Source: an uncultured Chthonomonadaceae bacterium (GTDB taxonomy: Bacteria > Armatimonadota > Chthonomonadetes > Chthonomonadales > Chthonomonadaceae). Taken from it: DNA of 64,000 nucleotides. This document shows, in pieces, positions 41,375 through 50,901 of the stretch; the first letter of the stretch is position 1, and each line of letters begins with the position of its first letter. The stretch spans positions 370,511 through 434,510 of the forward strand of contig CAWFQB010000006.1 of the NCBI GenBank assembly GCA_963817895.1, given 5' to 3'. Under the pieces are notes generated by a model. It saw only the letters and a program-made list of their open reading frames with translations, searched no databases and had not been told where the DNA came from. Made by a program: the position numbers and the translations under genes.

Positions 41375-41459
41375 AGTAGGGAGTAGGGAGTAGGGAGTAG
41401 GGAGTAGCAAAACCTTGCTTGATCCGTGCATTGTCACTACTCCCTACTCCCTACTCCCT
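41375..41459. repeat. Inverted heptamer repeats (AGTAGGG)n / (CTACTCC)n
   Basis: Runs at 41375-41407 and 41437-41459. Confidence 0.9.
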
Positions 41460-42604
41460 TACTTATGGCGACTACCAAAAGCGTCTGTACCGTGCCGTCG
41501 TGGGCGGCGATGCGGGCGATCTGATGGCCGTTGCGGGTGTTCCAGTAGCGCAGGGTTTTGTCGCTGCCGCCGCTGACCAGCATCTCGCCGTTCGCTGTCC
41601 AAGCAAGGGTGGTCACGCCCCGGTCATGGCTGCCCGTAAACGCCAGTCCCATGCCGGTTTTTACATTCCACAACCGTATTTTACCCTCTTCGTCGCCGGT
41701 TGCGATGGTTTTGCCGTCCGGGGAAAACGCGACGGTCGAAAACGCCCTTGTTCGCCACTTTGATACGCCGCATCAGACTGCCGTTGATAGCCCAAATCTT
41801 CGCGAAGCCGTCCATAGAAACGCTGGCAATCAGATCGCCGGCGGGAGCCAGGGAAATGGCCGTAATGCTGCCCTCATGCGCCACAATAGTGGACTCATAA
41901 TCCAGCAAACGACCCTGCGCGCCGGGTTTCCAGATACGGATTTGCCGGTCATCGCTGCTGCTGACCAGTATTTTACCGTCCCCGGAGAATTGCAGGCTGC
42001 GAATGGTATCATCGTGCGCCTTCACTTCGGCAAGCAGGCGTCCATTAGCGCGACTCCACAGGCGAATAAAAGCGTCCGCGCCTCCCGTCGCGACAATCAG
42101 GCTATCGGGCGAAATGCCAAGGGCTGTAATGCCGCCCTCATGCGCTTTTACGCTCCGCAGGGGCATTGCGTTCGCCGTCTCTTCTTCGGCCATGTCCCAC
42201 CACTTCAGCGTTCCATCCGCCGCCCCGGAAAGGAGCAGGGGCAGGGACTTGCCGTTCAGGACGGGAACATACGTCAGGGCCATAACGGAAACCGAAGCGT
42301 CATGCTGGCCGATAAACCCGTTCAGTTTGCCCGTCGCGTCCCAGTGCTTCAGGCTGTGATCGCTGCCGCCCGATAGAACGACAGGCAAAATGGCGTTGAT
42401 CTCCTCAGCGGATGGGGGAACGGCGCGGGGCGGAACAGCCTGCGCGGGCGCGGCAGGGCCGGAAGCCGGAGCAGGAGTAGCAGGAGCGGTTGTGACCGGT
42501 ACGCCGGTGGAAACCTGCGACTGCGCGGCGCGAACCGGCAGGAGCAGCGCAAGGCTCAACAATCCTGCGACTGGACAAAGGCAAAGTGTACGGTTGAAAG
42601 TCAT
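41437..42604 (-). CDS. Secreted WD40 repeat protein with one frameshift near 41740
   Basis: Repeated SGGSDxxLKxW and AHEG motifs. Continues in the shifted frame as TVAFSPDGKTIATGDEEGKIRLWN. Confidence 0.85.
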
Positions 42605-42937
42605 GGGCATTTTGGAAGACGCGGAAAGAAATGCAAGCAAACCCAATCGGGACACGCAAGAAGTATAGATGGCGCGAGGGCTTGACATTATGTTGATCTT
42701 GCGAAAGTTGGGCGCGATACCCTGTGCAGTATTGCGCAAAGGAAAAATTTCGGCTATGGCGCGGTAGAATGTGCCGGGTAGTCCGGCGAATCATGCCCAT
42801 GCAGTCATTGCTTCTGCATGGTAATAACGGGCGCAGTTGGCGCGGTATTCACGCGATAACCGGTATGACAACGCTTTCACGCAAAGGTTACGGTTATCCT
42901 GTCAGGAACAAAGGCAATGAACACAGGGAAATCGGGC

Positions 42938-42966
42938 TTGACAAATTTTTGCGGCGAATCTATACT
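42938..42966 (+). promoter_or_regulatory. Sigma70-type promoter upstream of ssuE
   Basis: TTGACA (42938-42943), 17-bp spacer, TATACT (42961-42966). Confidence 0.8.
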
Positions 42967-43040
42967 ACCCGGAAAACACTTCTTGCGCCGTATTTCTATG
43001 CGCCGCAATCAACTTCTAAAACACGGCAGGCGGCAAACGC

Positions 43041-43568
43041 ATGGCAGATATATTGATGATTGGGGGCAGCCCCTCGCGGGCAGGGAAATCGGCGGCGATT
43101 CTGACCCATACTCAAACCGCATTGACGGCAAAAGGCCGGACTGTAGACACCATTTCGGTGCGCGACCTGCCTGCTGAAGCGCTGCTTCATGCCCGACTGG
43201 ATAACCCCGAAATTATCGCCGCTCACGCGAAAGTGGAGCAGGCGCGGGGGGTGATTGTCGCCACGCCGATTTACAAGGCGGCGTACAGCGGCATCCTGAA
43301 AACGTTTCTGGACCTGCTGCCGCAAAACGCGCTGGCAGGCAAGGTCGTGCTTCCCCTTGCGACGGGCGGCTCGCCCGCGCATCTGCTCGTGATTGATTAC
43401 GCGCTGAAGCCCGTTTTGGGCGCATTGGGGGCAACCCATATTTTGCGCGGCGTGTACCTGCTCGATACCCTTGTGCAGTTGGAAGCGGACGGCGGTTTTC
43501 AAATGGAACCCGCGCTGGAACTGCGCCTGACAGAAGCCCTCAACGAATTCAGCGAACTGGTTTCCTGA
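43041..43568 (+). CDS. ssuE: NADPH-dependent FMN reductase
   Basis: GSPS..GKS, ATPIYKAAYSGILKTFLDLLP and ATGGSPAH..DYALKPVL motifs. Confidence 0.92.
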   Translation: MADILMIGGSPSRAGKSAAILTHTQTALTAKGRTVDTISVRDLPAEALLHARLDNPEIIAAHAKVEQARGVIVATPIYKAAYSGILKTFLDLLPQNALAGKVVLPLATGGSPAHLLVIDYALKPVLGALGATHILRGVYLLDTLVQLEADGGFQMEPALELRLTEALNEFSELVS

Positions 43569-43632
43569 TTTCTTCTCATTACGATAGTGAAACCCTCATT
43601 AGCCAAATCTGATTTTTGAGGAGAATTTCGAC

Positions 43633-44727
43633 ATGACCGATACATTGAACCCTTCCGCCCTGAACCCTGCCACCTCTACGGCCCTCCCTTCCGCTTCGCT
43701 GTACTTTCGCGAGGCGGGAAGCGACAAAGAGTACCATGCGCGTATCGAAGCCGGGGAGGGCGGATACGTTGTGAATTTCGCGTATGGCAGGCGGGGCGCT
43801 GCGCTGACGGCGGGAACCAAAACTTCCAAACCGACCACGCTGGAAGCCGCCACCAAAATCTACGACAAACTGATTACCGAGAAAAAGGCGAAAGGGTACA
43901 CGCCCTCCGACGATGGCAAGGCGTTCGCCATGACCGAAAAGGCAGGCGAGGTTTCGGGACTGTTGCCGCAACTGCTCAACCCCATTGACGAGAGCGACGT
44001 AAGCCGCTATCTGAATGACGACGATTGGGTGATGGAAGAAAAGCACGATGGGCGGCGATTGATGGTACGGGTTGTATTGGGCAATGTGGAAGGCGCGAAC
44101 CGCAAAGGGCTGCTCGTGAGCCTGCCCAAAGAGATTGAGGATGCGCTGAAGGACGGGCCGGACTGCGTTTTGGACGGCGAACTCATCGGCGCGAAACTGT
44201 ACGTGTTCGATGCGTTGTCTTATGCGGGCGAAGATTTGAGCGACAGGGGCTATTTGCAGCGCGTGGCCGTCCGCAATGCAATTCCGTTCGCCAATCGCGC
44301 TGCTGTGGATGGTGTAGAAACCTTTGTCGGCGCGGACGCGAAAACCGCCGCTTATCAGCGGCTTCACGCGGCGGACAAAGAGGGCGTCGTGTTCAAGCGG
44401 GCGGACGCCAGTTACAAGGTGGGACGCCCGACAGTGGGCGGTTCGCAGGTGAAATTCAAATTCTACGCGACATGTTCCGCCGTTGTCGGCACGGTCAACC
44501 AACAGCGTAGCGTGGGCCTGCTTCTGGACGGCGTAAGCGTGGGCAACGTAACGATCTCCTCTAATTTTGACATGCCAAAAGCAGGAGAGGTCGTGGAAGT
44601 AAGATATTTATACTACAACCCGCAGGGCGCATTGTACCAGTCCTGTTTTCTCGGCGTCCGTGATGATATTGACGCGAACGAGTGTACGCTGTCCCAACTC
44701 AAGCACAAAAGCGCGATGGAAGAATAA
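43633..44727 (+). CDS. WGR domain + ATP-dependent DNA ligase-like protein
   Basis: N-terminal SDKEY...YGRRG...KKAKGY (WGR). Ligase motifs EEKHDGRR, LDGELI, FDAL, EGVVFK and KFK. OB-fold C-terminus. Confidence 0.88.
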   Translation: MTDTLNPSALNPATSTALPSASLYFREAGSDKEYHARIEAGEGGYVVNFAYGRRGAALTAGTKTSKPTTLEAATKIYDKLITEKKAKGYTPSDDGKAFAMTEKAGEVSGLLPQLLNPIDESDVSRYLNDDDWVMEEKHDGRRLMVRVVLGNVEGANRKGLLVSLPKEIEDALKDGPDCVLDGELIGAKLYVFDALSYAGEDLSDRGYLQRVAVRNAIPFANRAAVDGVETFVGADAKTAAYQRLHAADKEGVVFKRADASYKVGRPTVGGSQVKFKFYATCSAVVGTVNQQRSVGLLLDGVSVGNVTISSNFDMPKAGEVVEVRYLYYNPQGALYQSCFLGVRDDIDANECTLSQLKHKSAMEE

Positions 44728-44756
44728 ACGACGTTCGGCAGGAGAAGAAAGCGCTG

Positions 44757-45824
44757 ATGGAAGACAACGATTTGCCGATAGAAGACGCGAAGGTAGCTTT
44801 AGAGGCTGTGTTTCACAGCATTACTCAGGTGCTGGAAGAGGCCCGCGCGACTGCTTACCGGGCTGTCAACAGCGCGATGACGCAGGCGTACTGGAACATC
44901 GGGCGCATTATCGTTGAGGAAGAGCAACAGGGGAAGGCTCGCGCTGAGTACGGCGCGGCGCTTATTCCCGCCCTTGCCAAACGCCTGACCGCGCAGTTCG
45001 GCAAGGGTTTCACGGAAACCAACCTCAAGTATATGCGGCTTTTTCATATTGCCTTTCCAATTCGTCACGCGCTGCGTGACGAATTGAGCTGGACGCACTA
45101 CCGGCTTTTGCTGAAAGTGGAAAAGGAGACTGCGCGGCAGTTCTACCTTGAGGAAACCATTGCGTCAAAGTGGAGTACCCGCGAACTGGAACGGCAAATC
45201 AGTTCCCTCTTTTATGAACGGCTGCTGTTAAGCCGTGACAGAAAAGGCGCGCTTCAGCTTGCCTCGGAAGGCCAAATTTTGCGCGCGCCGCAAGACCTGA
45301 TCAAAGACCCCTATGTTTTGGAATTTTTGGGAGCGCGGGAGAACCCGTTCGCTCAGGAGAAAGACCTCGAACAGGGGCTGATGAACCGTTTGCAGGAGTT
45401 TCTGCTGGAATTGGGCAAAGGTTTCGCGTTTGTCGCGCGCCAGAAGCGCATCACCATTGGCGGCGACCACTTCTATATTGATCTGGTGTTCTACAACTAC
45501 CTTCTCAAATGCTTTGTTCTCATTGACCTGAAAATCGGCAAATTGACGCATCAGGACATCGGGCAGATGGACTTTTACGCGCGTTACTTCGAGCAGGAGG
45601 AACGTTCAACAGGGGACAACGCGACAATCGGCATCATCCTCTGCTCGGACAAAAGCGAGGCGATGGCGCGATACACGCTGTTGGCGGACAGTCAGCAGGT
45701 TTTTGCCGCAAAATACAGACTTCACCTGCCGACAGAAGAAGAACTGGCACAGGAATTAAGAGCCGAACGCGAACTGATAGAGCAGGAACAATCCTTAAAC
45801 AGTTCGTTGCCTTCAAACGGCTAA
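44757..45824 (+). CDS. yhcG: YhcG / DUF1016 PD-(D/E)XK nuclease-family protein
   Basis: YWNIGRIIVEEEQ, LSWTHY, KDPYVLEFL, LLELGKGFAFV and IDLKIG motifs. Confidence 0.92.
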   Translation: MEDNDLPIEDAKVALEAVFHSITQVLEEARATAYRAVNSAMTQAYWNIGRIIVEEEQQGKARAEYGAALIPALAKRLTAQFGKGFTETNLKYMRLFHIAFPIRHALRDELSWTHYRLLLKVEKETARQFYLEETIASKWSTRELERQISSLFYERLLLSRDRKGALQLASEGQILRAPQDLIKDPYVLEFLGARENPFAQEKDLEQGLMNRLQEFLLELGKGFAFVARQKRITIGGDHFYIDLVFYNYLLKCFVLIDLKIGKLTHQDIGQMDFYARYFEQEERSTGDNATIGIILCSDKSEAMARYTLLADSQQVFAAKYRLHLPTEEELAQELRAERELIEQEQSLNSSLPSNG

Positions 45825-46000
45825 ACCAGACTATTTCATACAGGCGATTGAAACCGTTCGCGCCAACAAAGAACGCTATGCGCAGGCCGAAGCCGCCCCT
45901 GTCGCCGCGCAAGCCGCCAGTCCCAATCCGTTCGCCGCCTTCGTCGGCATGTTCTCCAACCACGCGGAACTAGAAGTGGATGAGTAGAAATTGTTTTTGC

Positions 46001-47767
46001 TCACTGCCAGAAGTAGTTCCATGTATAATTCAGGTTTGTGGATTTGCCGGGTTCGATTTTCAGTTTCCAGACGATGCGGCCCATGCCGTTGAAGTGGTTC
46101 CACCAGCCGGGCCAACTGTACCAGTTCCACCATGTGGGGTTATCCAGTCGCGGATTGTCGTCGTCTTCCAGCGTATTCACCATTGAAACGATGCCGCCCT
46201 GCTCGGCTTTGCCCACGTTACCTAATACGTTGCGCGTCACTTCCACGTCTACGGCTTGCGGCTGATAGTTGGTGATGGAAAGGGTTCCGGCAAGGTCCAC
46301 GCGCCCGTATTGATTGCCCTGCCACTGTACGGCGTTGGGCGTTCGGGTGGTCTCCTTGTCCATTTTCTTCACCTTGATGTCAACCGCTGTGGTCAGCGTC
46401 AGGTCGGTTTCTCCGCCGATGGAGGTGTAGGTCATCAAGCCCTGCGCAAGCACTTTGCCGTCGCTTAAAATCAAGGCGGGCGCGGTTGTCAGGGGAAATT
46501 TGCTGCTGTTGGTCAGCCGAATGACGTGCTGCGCTTTGGGGCGGTTTTGCAGGCGCAACAGTTCCGCCTGCTGCTCGTTCAGATTGCCGTTCTGTCGCAG
46601 TTCGCGGGGCGGCGCGTACGCTATATCAACGGTATACACATCTTTGTACTTCAGCGTGGTTTCCGCAATCGGCAACACCATGCGCTGCCCCTTTTGCAGC
46701 GAAACATGCTTGACGGTGAAGATAAACGTGTCCTCGTTTTTGCCGCTGCCCGCCACTTCCGGCCCGATATTGCCCGCCTCCGCATTGGCGCGTTCTCCCG
46801 GCGCTCTCCCGCCCCCCAATCCGCCCGTCTGCGTCATGATGGAATTGGACATGGCATTGCCGGTTGCGGAGCCATTCTGGAAATAGGGCGACAGTTGCGC
46901 GAACGCCTGCTGTAATCCGATAGGATCGGGCGTGTCCTGAAAGAAGAAGGTGGGGACGCCCACGACCAGATTGGCGGTCACGTCGTTCAGGTCGGTCATT
47001 TCGTTGATGAGCGTGGCTTGCAGGGATAGAACGGCGTTGCCCTTACCGTCCAGCGACACTTTGTACGAGGGTATCCAGCGAATCCCTTTTTGCAGGTACA
47101 TCATGCCGACATTCGCGGTTTTGGCAGGGGCGTTGTTCGGCCAATCCAATTTCAGGGTCAGCAGACTGCGCAATTCTTCCGTCATTACCATGCGTTTGTA
47201 GGGACCGGCGAACGTTACATCCTGAATGCGTTCGCGCGGAATGGCGGCGGTTCCGGCCAGAGTTTTGAGCAGCAGGACGCTTCCTTTTGTGGGAAGCTGC
47301 TCACTGGTTCTGTTCACTTCTGCTTTATAGATTTCTTCGCTGCCGCGTTCCGGGACGGCGACAATCCGCGCGGAATACGTTTTGCCTCCGACTTCGGTAA
47401 CGCTCACATCCGCGCCGGTATTGGCTTCCAGCAGTTCCTGTAGGCTTAACGCTGTTCGCTCGAAGCGGACATTGCGCGGCGAAGCCACGACGGAAGACAG
47501 TTTCACGTTTTTGTCCGTTGAGTACGGCCAGAACGTGCCGATAACGGGCGTGGGCAGATAATCCATCGGCACGTTGCCCGCGCTATCGGTGGGCATTTTG
47601 CCCTCGTGGACGACAAACGCATGGCCGTCTTTGAAAATGGTCACTTCTTTCACGGGCATTTTTACCAACGCGCTCAAGGGCGGAGCCTGCGCAAGTGTGG
47701 CGGACGAGTTCAGCAAAGTCAGCGCGTAAGCCGCAACAAGAGTTTGCGGCAAAATTTTCATAGACAT
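46001..47767 (-). CDS. Secreted DUF4139-like protein
   Basis: Signal peptide, VTIFKDG, MYL..GIRWIPSY and LVVG motifs. Confidence 0.7.
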   Translation of the reverse strand: MSMKILPQTLVAAYALTLLNSSATLAQAPPLSALVKMPVKEVTIFKDGHAFVVHEGKMPTDSAGNVPMDYLPTPVIGTFWPYSTDKNVKLSSVVASPRNVRFERTALSLQELLEANTGADVSVTEVGGKTYSARIVAVPERGSEEIYKAEVNRTSEQLPTKGSVLLLKTLAGTAAIPRERIQDVTFAGPYKRMVMTEELRSLLTLKLDWPNNAPAKTANVGMMYLQKGIRWIPSYKVSLDGKGNAVLSLQATLINEMTDLNDVTANLVVGVPTFFFQDTPDPIGLQQAFAQLSPYFQNGSATGNAMSNSIMTQTGGLGGGRAPGERANAEAGNIGPEVAGSGKNEDTFIFTVKHVSLQKGQRMVLPIAETTLKYKDVYTVDIAYAPPRELRQNGNLNEQQAELLRLQNRPKAQHVIRLTNSSKFPLTTAPALILSDGKVLAQGLMTYTSIGGETDLTLTTAVDIKVKKMDKETTRTPNAVQWQGNQYGRVDLAGTLSITNYQPQAVDVEVTRNVLGNVGKAEQGGIVSMVNTLEDDDNPRLDNPTWWNWYSWPGWWNHFNGMGRIVWKLKIEPGKSTNLNYTWNYFWQ

Positions 47768-47863
47768 GACAAAGTTCCTGACACGCGGTTGTTTGAGGAT
47801 AAGCGGTGATTAGACGCGCCCGCCGCGACAAACGTTACCTGAAACTTGTACCCATTCGTTGTC

Positions 47864-48763
47864 TCAGATGGTTGGGGGTGAGTTTTCTCTGGCGGCTTCG
47901 TAGTAGCGGGTGGTGAATTCGGCGTAGTTGAGGGGCAGGTCGCGCCAGTAGTATTGATATTGCGTACTGTGCCAGTCCTGATAAATGTCTTCCCACGCAT
48001 AGCCGTAATGGGGCTGCATGGAACCGGGCGTGAGGGGATGGGAAAGGGGCTGGTAGCGGAAATCTACGGACAGGCGCAATTTGTCCGCGCTCAAGTTGGG
48101 CAGTCCCTTATGCGCGGTCAGGCTGTGGAACAGGAGAACGTCACCGGCGGCAAAATCGCCGCCAACCCATGTAAATGGCAGTTCGCTCGTGTCAACGCCA
48201 TGCCCGCCAGCGCCCAATGTTCGATGGACGGGGTACAAGCCCGCTTTATGCGAACCGGGCAGAACCGCAAGGCTGCCCAACGCCTGCGGGCAATCCCCAA
48301 GCGGTATCCAACTCGTCCATGTCTGTTCCGTACCCTGAATGTGTAAATAATCCTGATGCGCCGGTGTGGTAAATTGCGTGGCGTTGGGGAAAATGATGCG
48401 GGCGATGTTGCGGGCGTGTACGAGCGTGGTTTCGCCGAACAGCGCGTCCAGCATGGCGATTAGCCGGGGCTGATGCGCGAAAGCGTGAAAATCCTCCAAC
48501 TGCATCACCCGCTTGTACACCTGCATGAATTCCGGTTCCGGCTCAAGATGGCGAACTCCGGGCGCGGCGATTCCTTCTATCGGGTCGGTTCCCGGCGTGA
48601 GCCATCCCGCCTGTTCGCACAACATGAGGATTTGACGGCGCAGGGACAGCATCAACTCCGAATCCACCAGATTATGAAAGAACAGATAGCCGTCCCGCTG
48701 CGCCTGTTTCCGCAGGGCTTCAGGATTGTCAAGTAGGTCGTTTGCAATGGTGAAAGGGTTCAT
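47864..48763 (-). CDS. Phytanoyl-CoA dioxygenase (PhyH) family 2OG-Fe(II) enzyme
   Basis: HQD, WIPL, PGSH, GDVLLFH..H and RLS motifs. Confidence 0.9.
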   Translation of the reverse strand: MNPFTIANDLLDNPEALRKQAQRDGYLFFHNLVDSELMLSLRRQILMLCEQAGWLTPGTDPIEGIAAPGVRHLEPEPEFMQVYKRVMQLEDFHAFAHQPRLIAMLDALFGETTLVHARNIARIIFPNATQFTTPAHQDYLHIQGTEQTWTSWIPLGDCPQALGSLAVLPGSHKAGLYPVHRTLGAGGHGVDTSELPFTWVGGDFAAGDVLLFHSLTAHKGLPNLSADKLRLSVDFRYQPLSHPLTPGSMQPHYGYAWEDIYQDWHSTQYQYYWRDLPLNYAEFTTRYYEAARENSPPTI

Positions 48764-50565
48764 GGGATAATCCTGATACCGCGCGGCGCTTCAAATTTCG
48801 ACTTTATACTTCCATCCGGCTGCCTGTCGTGCCGGATTTTCACTGTGCCGAGGGGTGTGGGAAATGAACCTTCCGCCCATTGCAGGTCGCCTAAATGGGG
48901 CGTGATTTTGAGGGTTTTGCAGCCGGGTTCCATGACTTCCACGCCGAGGACGTGTTCCGTCAGCCAGGGAGTGGGGCCGGACGCCCAGCCGTGACACAGG
49001 CTGTGCCGGAAACCCACATAGCAGTACGCGCCATAGTCGCCGTGTATGTCTTTTTTGCCCGCAACGGGAAGCTCGTCAATGCGTCCGGCGTTCACCGTCC
49101 AATCCAGATTGAAATCTTCCCAGAACGTGGTCGCGCCCAAATCCAACATGCCGCCCCAATACTGGCGAATGGCGTCCAGACAGCCCTGATAATCGCCAGC
49201 TTTCGCCCGCGCCTGCAAAACGTAATAGCCGTAGAAGGTGGATAGCCGTTTGGCCCCGTCAACAGCAAGAACGTCATGGTTCAAGGTTTTGGCGTCGCCC
49301 AATCCGGCAAGCGCCATCAGCGCCGCCGCCTGTTTGCTCCCATTGGGATCGGGAACATGCTTGCGCAAACGGGCGGCGGCGTCAACGCACTGCTGCCGCG
49401 TGGCTTTGTCGCCAAGCGCGTCACACATATCCGCGCCCGCCGCAAAGGTTAAAACAAGCAGGGCGTGGAGTCCGGCATGAATGGCGGGCTTGTTTTCGCT
49501 CGACGGCCAATCCAGAAACCGGCCTTCGGGCAGGGTTTCCTCGTTGTTCGCGCCAATATGTTTCATCAGTTCATGCAGCAGGGCGTTGAGATACGGCTGC
49601 TGTTGGCGCAAATAATTCAGGTCGCCGTTGTGCCGAAACCAGTCGCGCTGAATGATGGCCCACCAGAGCGAGTACGAACTGATGCCGTTCATCCACTGAC
49701 CGGGCGGCGTTTCATTTCGTATCAAATCCAGACTATGCGGCACAACATCTATGTTGCCGAAAACCGCGCTAATGGTACTGGTTTCCGGGTGCATGTCGCC
49801 GATCCACACCAGCCGGTCGCGCTTGATACCGTCCCACAAATAGTCCTGCATGTTCAGATGAACCGTGTACGCGCCGGTTTGCCAGATTCGGTTTAAGCGT
49901 TCGTCGCTGCAATGGAACGAACCCACATACGGCAAATCGCGATACAACAACACGGCGCGAACGGATTTCAGGGCGAGCATGGCCCCCGGCTCTTCCAGAT
50001 CAATGCGGACAAACCGAAAGCCCGTGTTGCCGACTTCTACAGTGCCGAGCCACGGAGCCTGACAGGTGGTATCCCGCGTGGCGTGGTCCGTCTGCGAACC
50101 CTTCTCCCCCAGTTCGCTCATGGCCTCGCTGACCGACTCGCCGAACCGAACCCGCATCCGCACCGTTTTGCCGTTATTGCCCACCGCTTTCAAATCCTGA
50201 ACCGCGATCTGTACGCCACCCTGCAACTCGCGCCCGAAGTCGAGCAGTATCCCCGGCGCTTTGCCCTCATTGCGCAGGACGCAGGCGGCAGGCGCGCTCA
50301 ACGTCACCTGCCCACTGCCCATTTGCAGCAGTTTTTCAGGTGTTTCTACGCTGGATTTAGCCTCTTTCGATTGCCACACAAGGCGCGTAGGCGTGATGTA
50401 GCGGCGAACGCGCGTGTCAATCGCCGTCTTATCAGCAAGATCGGCAATCGGGAGCGGCAGAACGGCAGGAGCGCGCGTAACAGGCGAAATTGGGGGCGTA
50501 TCCCCATAAGCGGAAGGCAGCATAGTGATTCCTAAAAGTAGAGTAAGCAGAAAGAGTTTTTTCAT
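48760..50565 (-). CDS. Alpha-L-rhamnosidase-like glycoside hydrolase family 78
   Basis: LDFGRE, DGIKRDRLVWIGD, GATTFWE and SLCHGW motifs. Confidence 0.92.
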   Translation of the reverse strand: MKKLFLLTLLLGITMLPSAYGDTPPISPVTRAPAVLPLPIADLADKTAIDTRVRRYITPTRLVWQSKEAKSSVETPEKLLQMGSGQVTLSAPAACVLRNEGKAPGILLDFGRELQGGVQIAVQDLKAVGNNGKTVRMRVRFGESVSEAMSELGEKGSQTDHATRDTTCQAPWLGTVEVGNTGFRFVRIDLEEPGAMLALKSVRAVLLYRDLPYVGSFHCSDERLNRIWQTGAYTVHLNMQDYLWDGIKRDRLVWIGDMHPETSTISAVFGNIDVVPHSLDLIRNETPPGQWMNGISSYSLWWAIIQRDWFRHNGDLNYLRQQQPYLNALLHELMKHIGANNEETLPEGRFLDWPSSENKPAIHAGLHALLVLTFAAGADMCDALGDKATRQQCVDAAARLRKHVPDPNGSKQAAALMALAGLGDAKTLNHDVLAVDGAKRLSTFYGYYVLQARAKAGDYQGCLDAIRQYWGGMLDLGATTFWEDFNLDWTVNAGRIDELPVAGKKDIHGDYGAYCYVGFRHSLCHGWASGPTPWLTEHVLGVEVMEPGCKTLKITPHLGDLQWAEGSFPTPLGTVKIRHDRQPDGSIKSKFEAPRGIRIIP

Positions 50566-50632
50566 AGTTGTTCGTCGTGTTCAAAAGCAGATGAGGAGTT
50601 ATTCCCTGTGAGGCATGAGAAATCCTTCCCAA

Positions 50633-50754
50633 TAGACAGGGATTGAAAATCCCTGTCTAGACAAAACAAGCGTCCTGCGGACGCACAATTCAACATCAGA
50701 ATCGCGTCTGCAAGACGCTTGCACTTTCCTGCCGGGTATTTTCAATACCCGGTA
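50633..50754. repeat. Composite palindromic REP-like element
   Basis: Hairpin TAGACAGGGATTGAAAATCCCTGTCTA, inverted CAAGCGTC..GACGC / GCGTC..GACGCTTG, and hairpin CCGGGTATTTTCAATACCCGG. Confidence 0.7.
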
Positions 50755-50901
50755 CAGGCAATGCCTTAAATTTGCAACGCATCCCTTCCGCGTTGTCTTG
50801 CAGGAAATCCCGCTTGTCCTCTTGAATTATCCTGATACGAATAGTAGAGGCTTCATGCAGTTTTATGATATGAACAGCGTAACGTAAAAGGAAACCAGAG
50901 T

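Noticed and set aside
45880..45987. Peptide-like stretch NPFAAFVGMF as a small gene
   Set aside because: No clear in-frame start with an RBS. At best an unassignable remnant.
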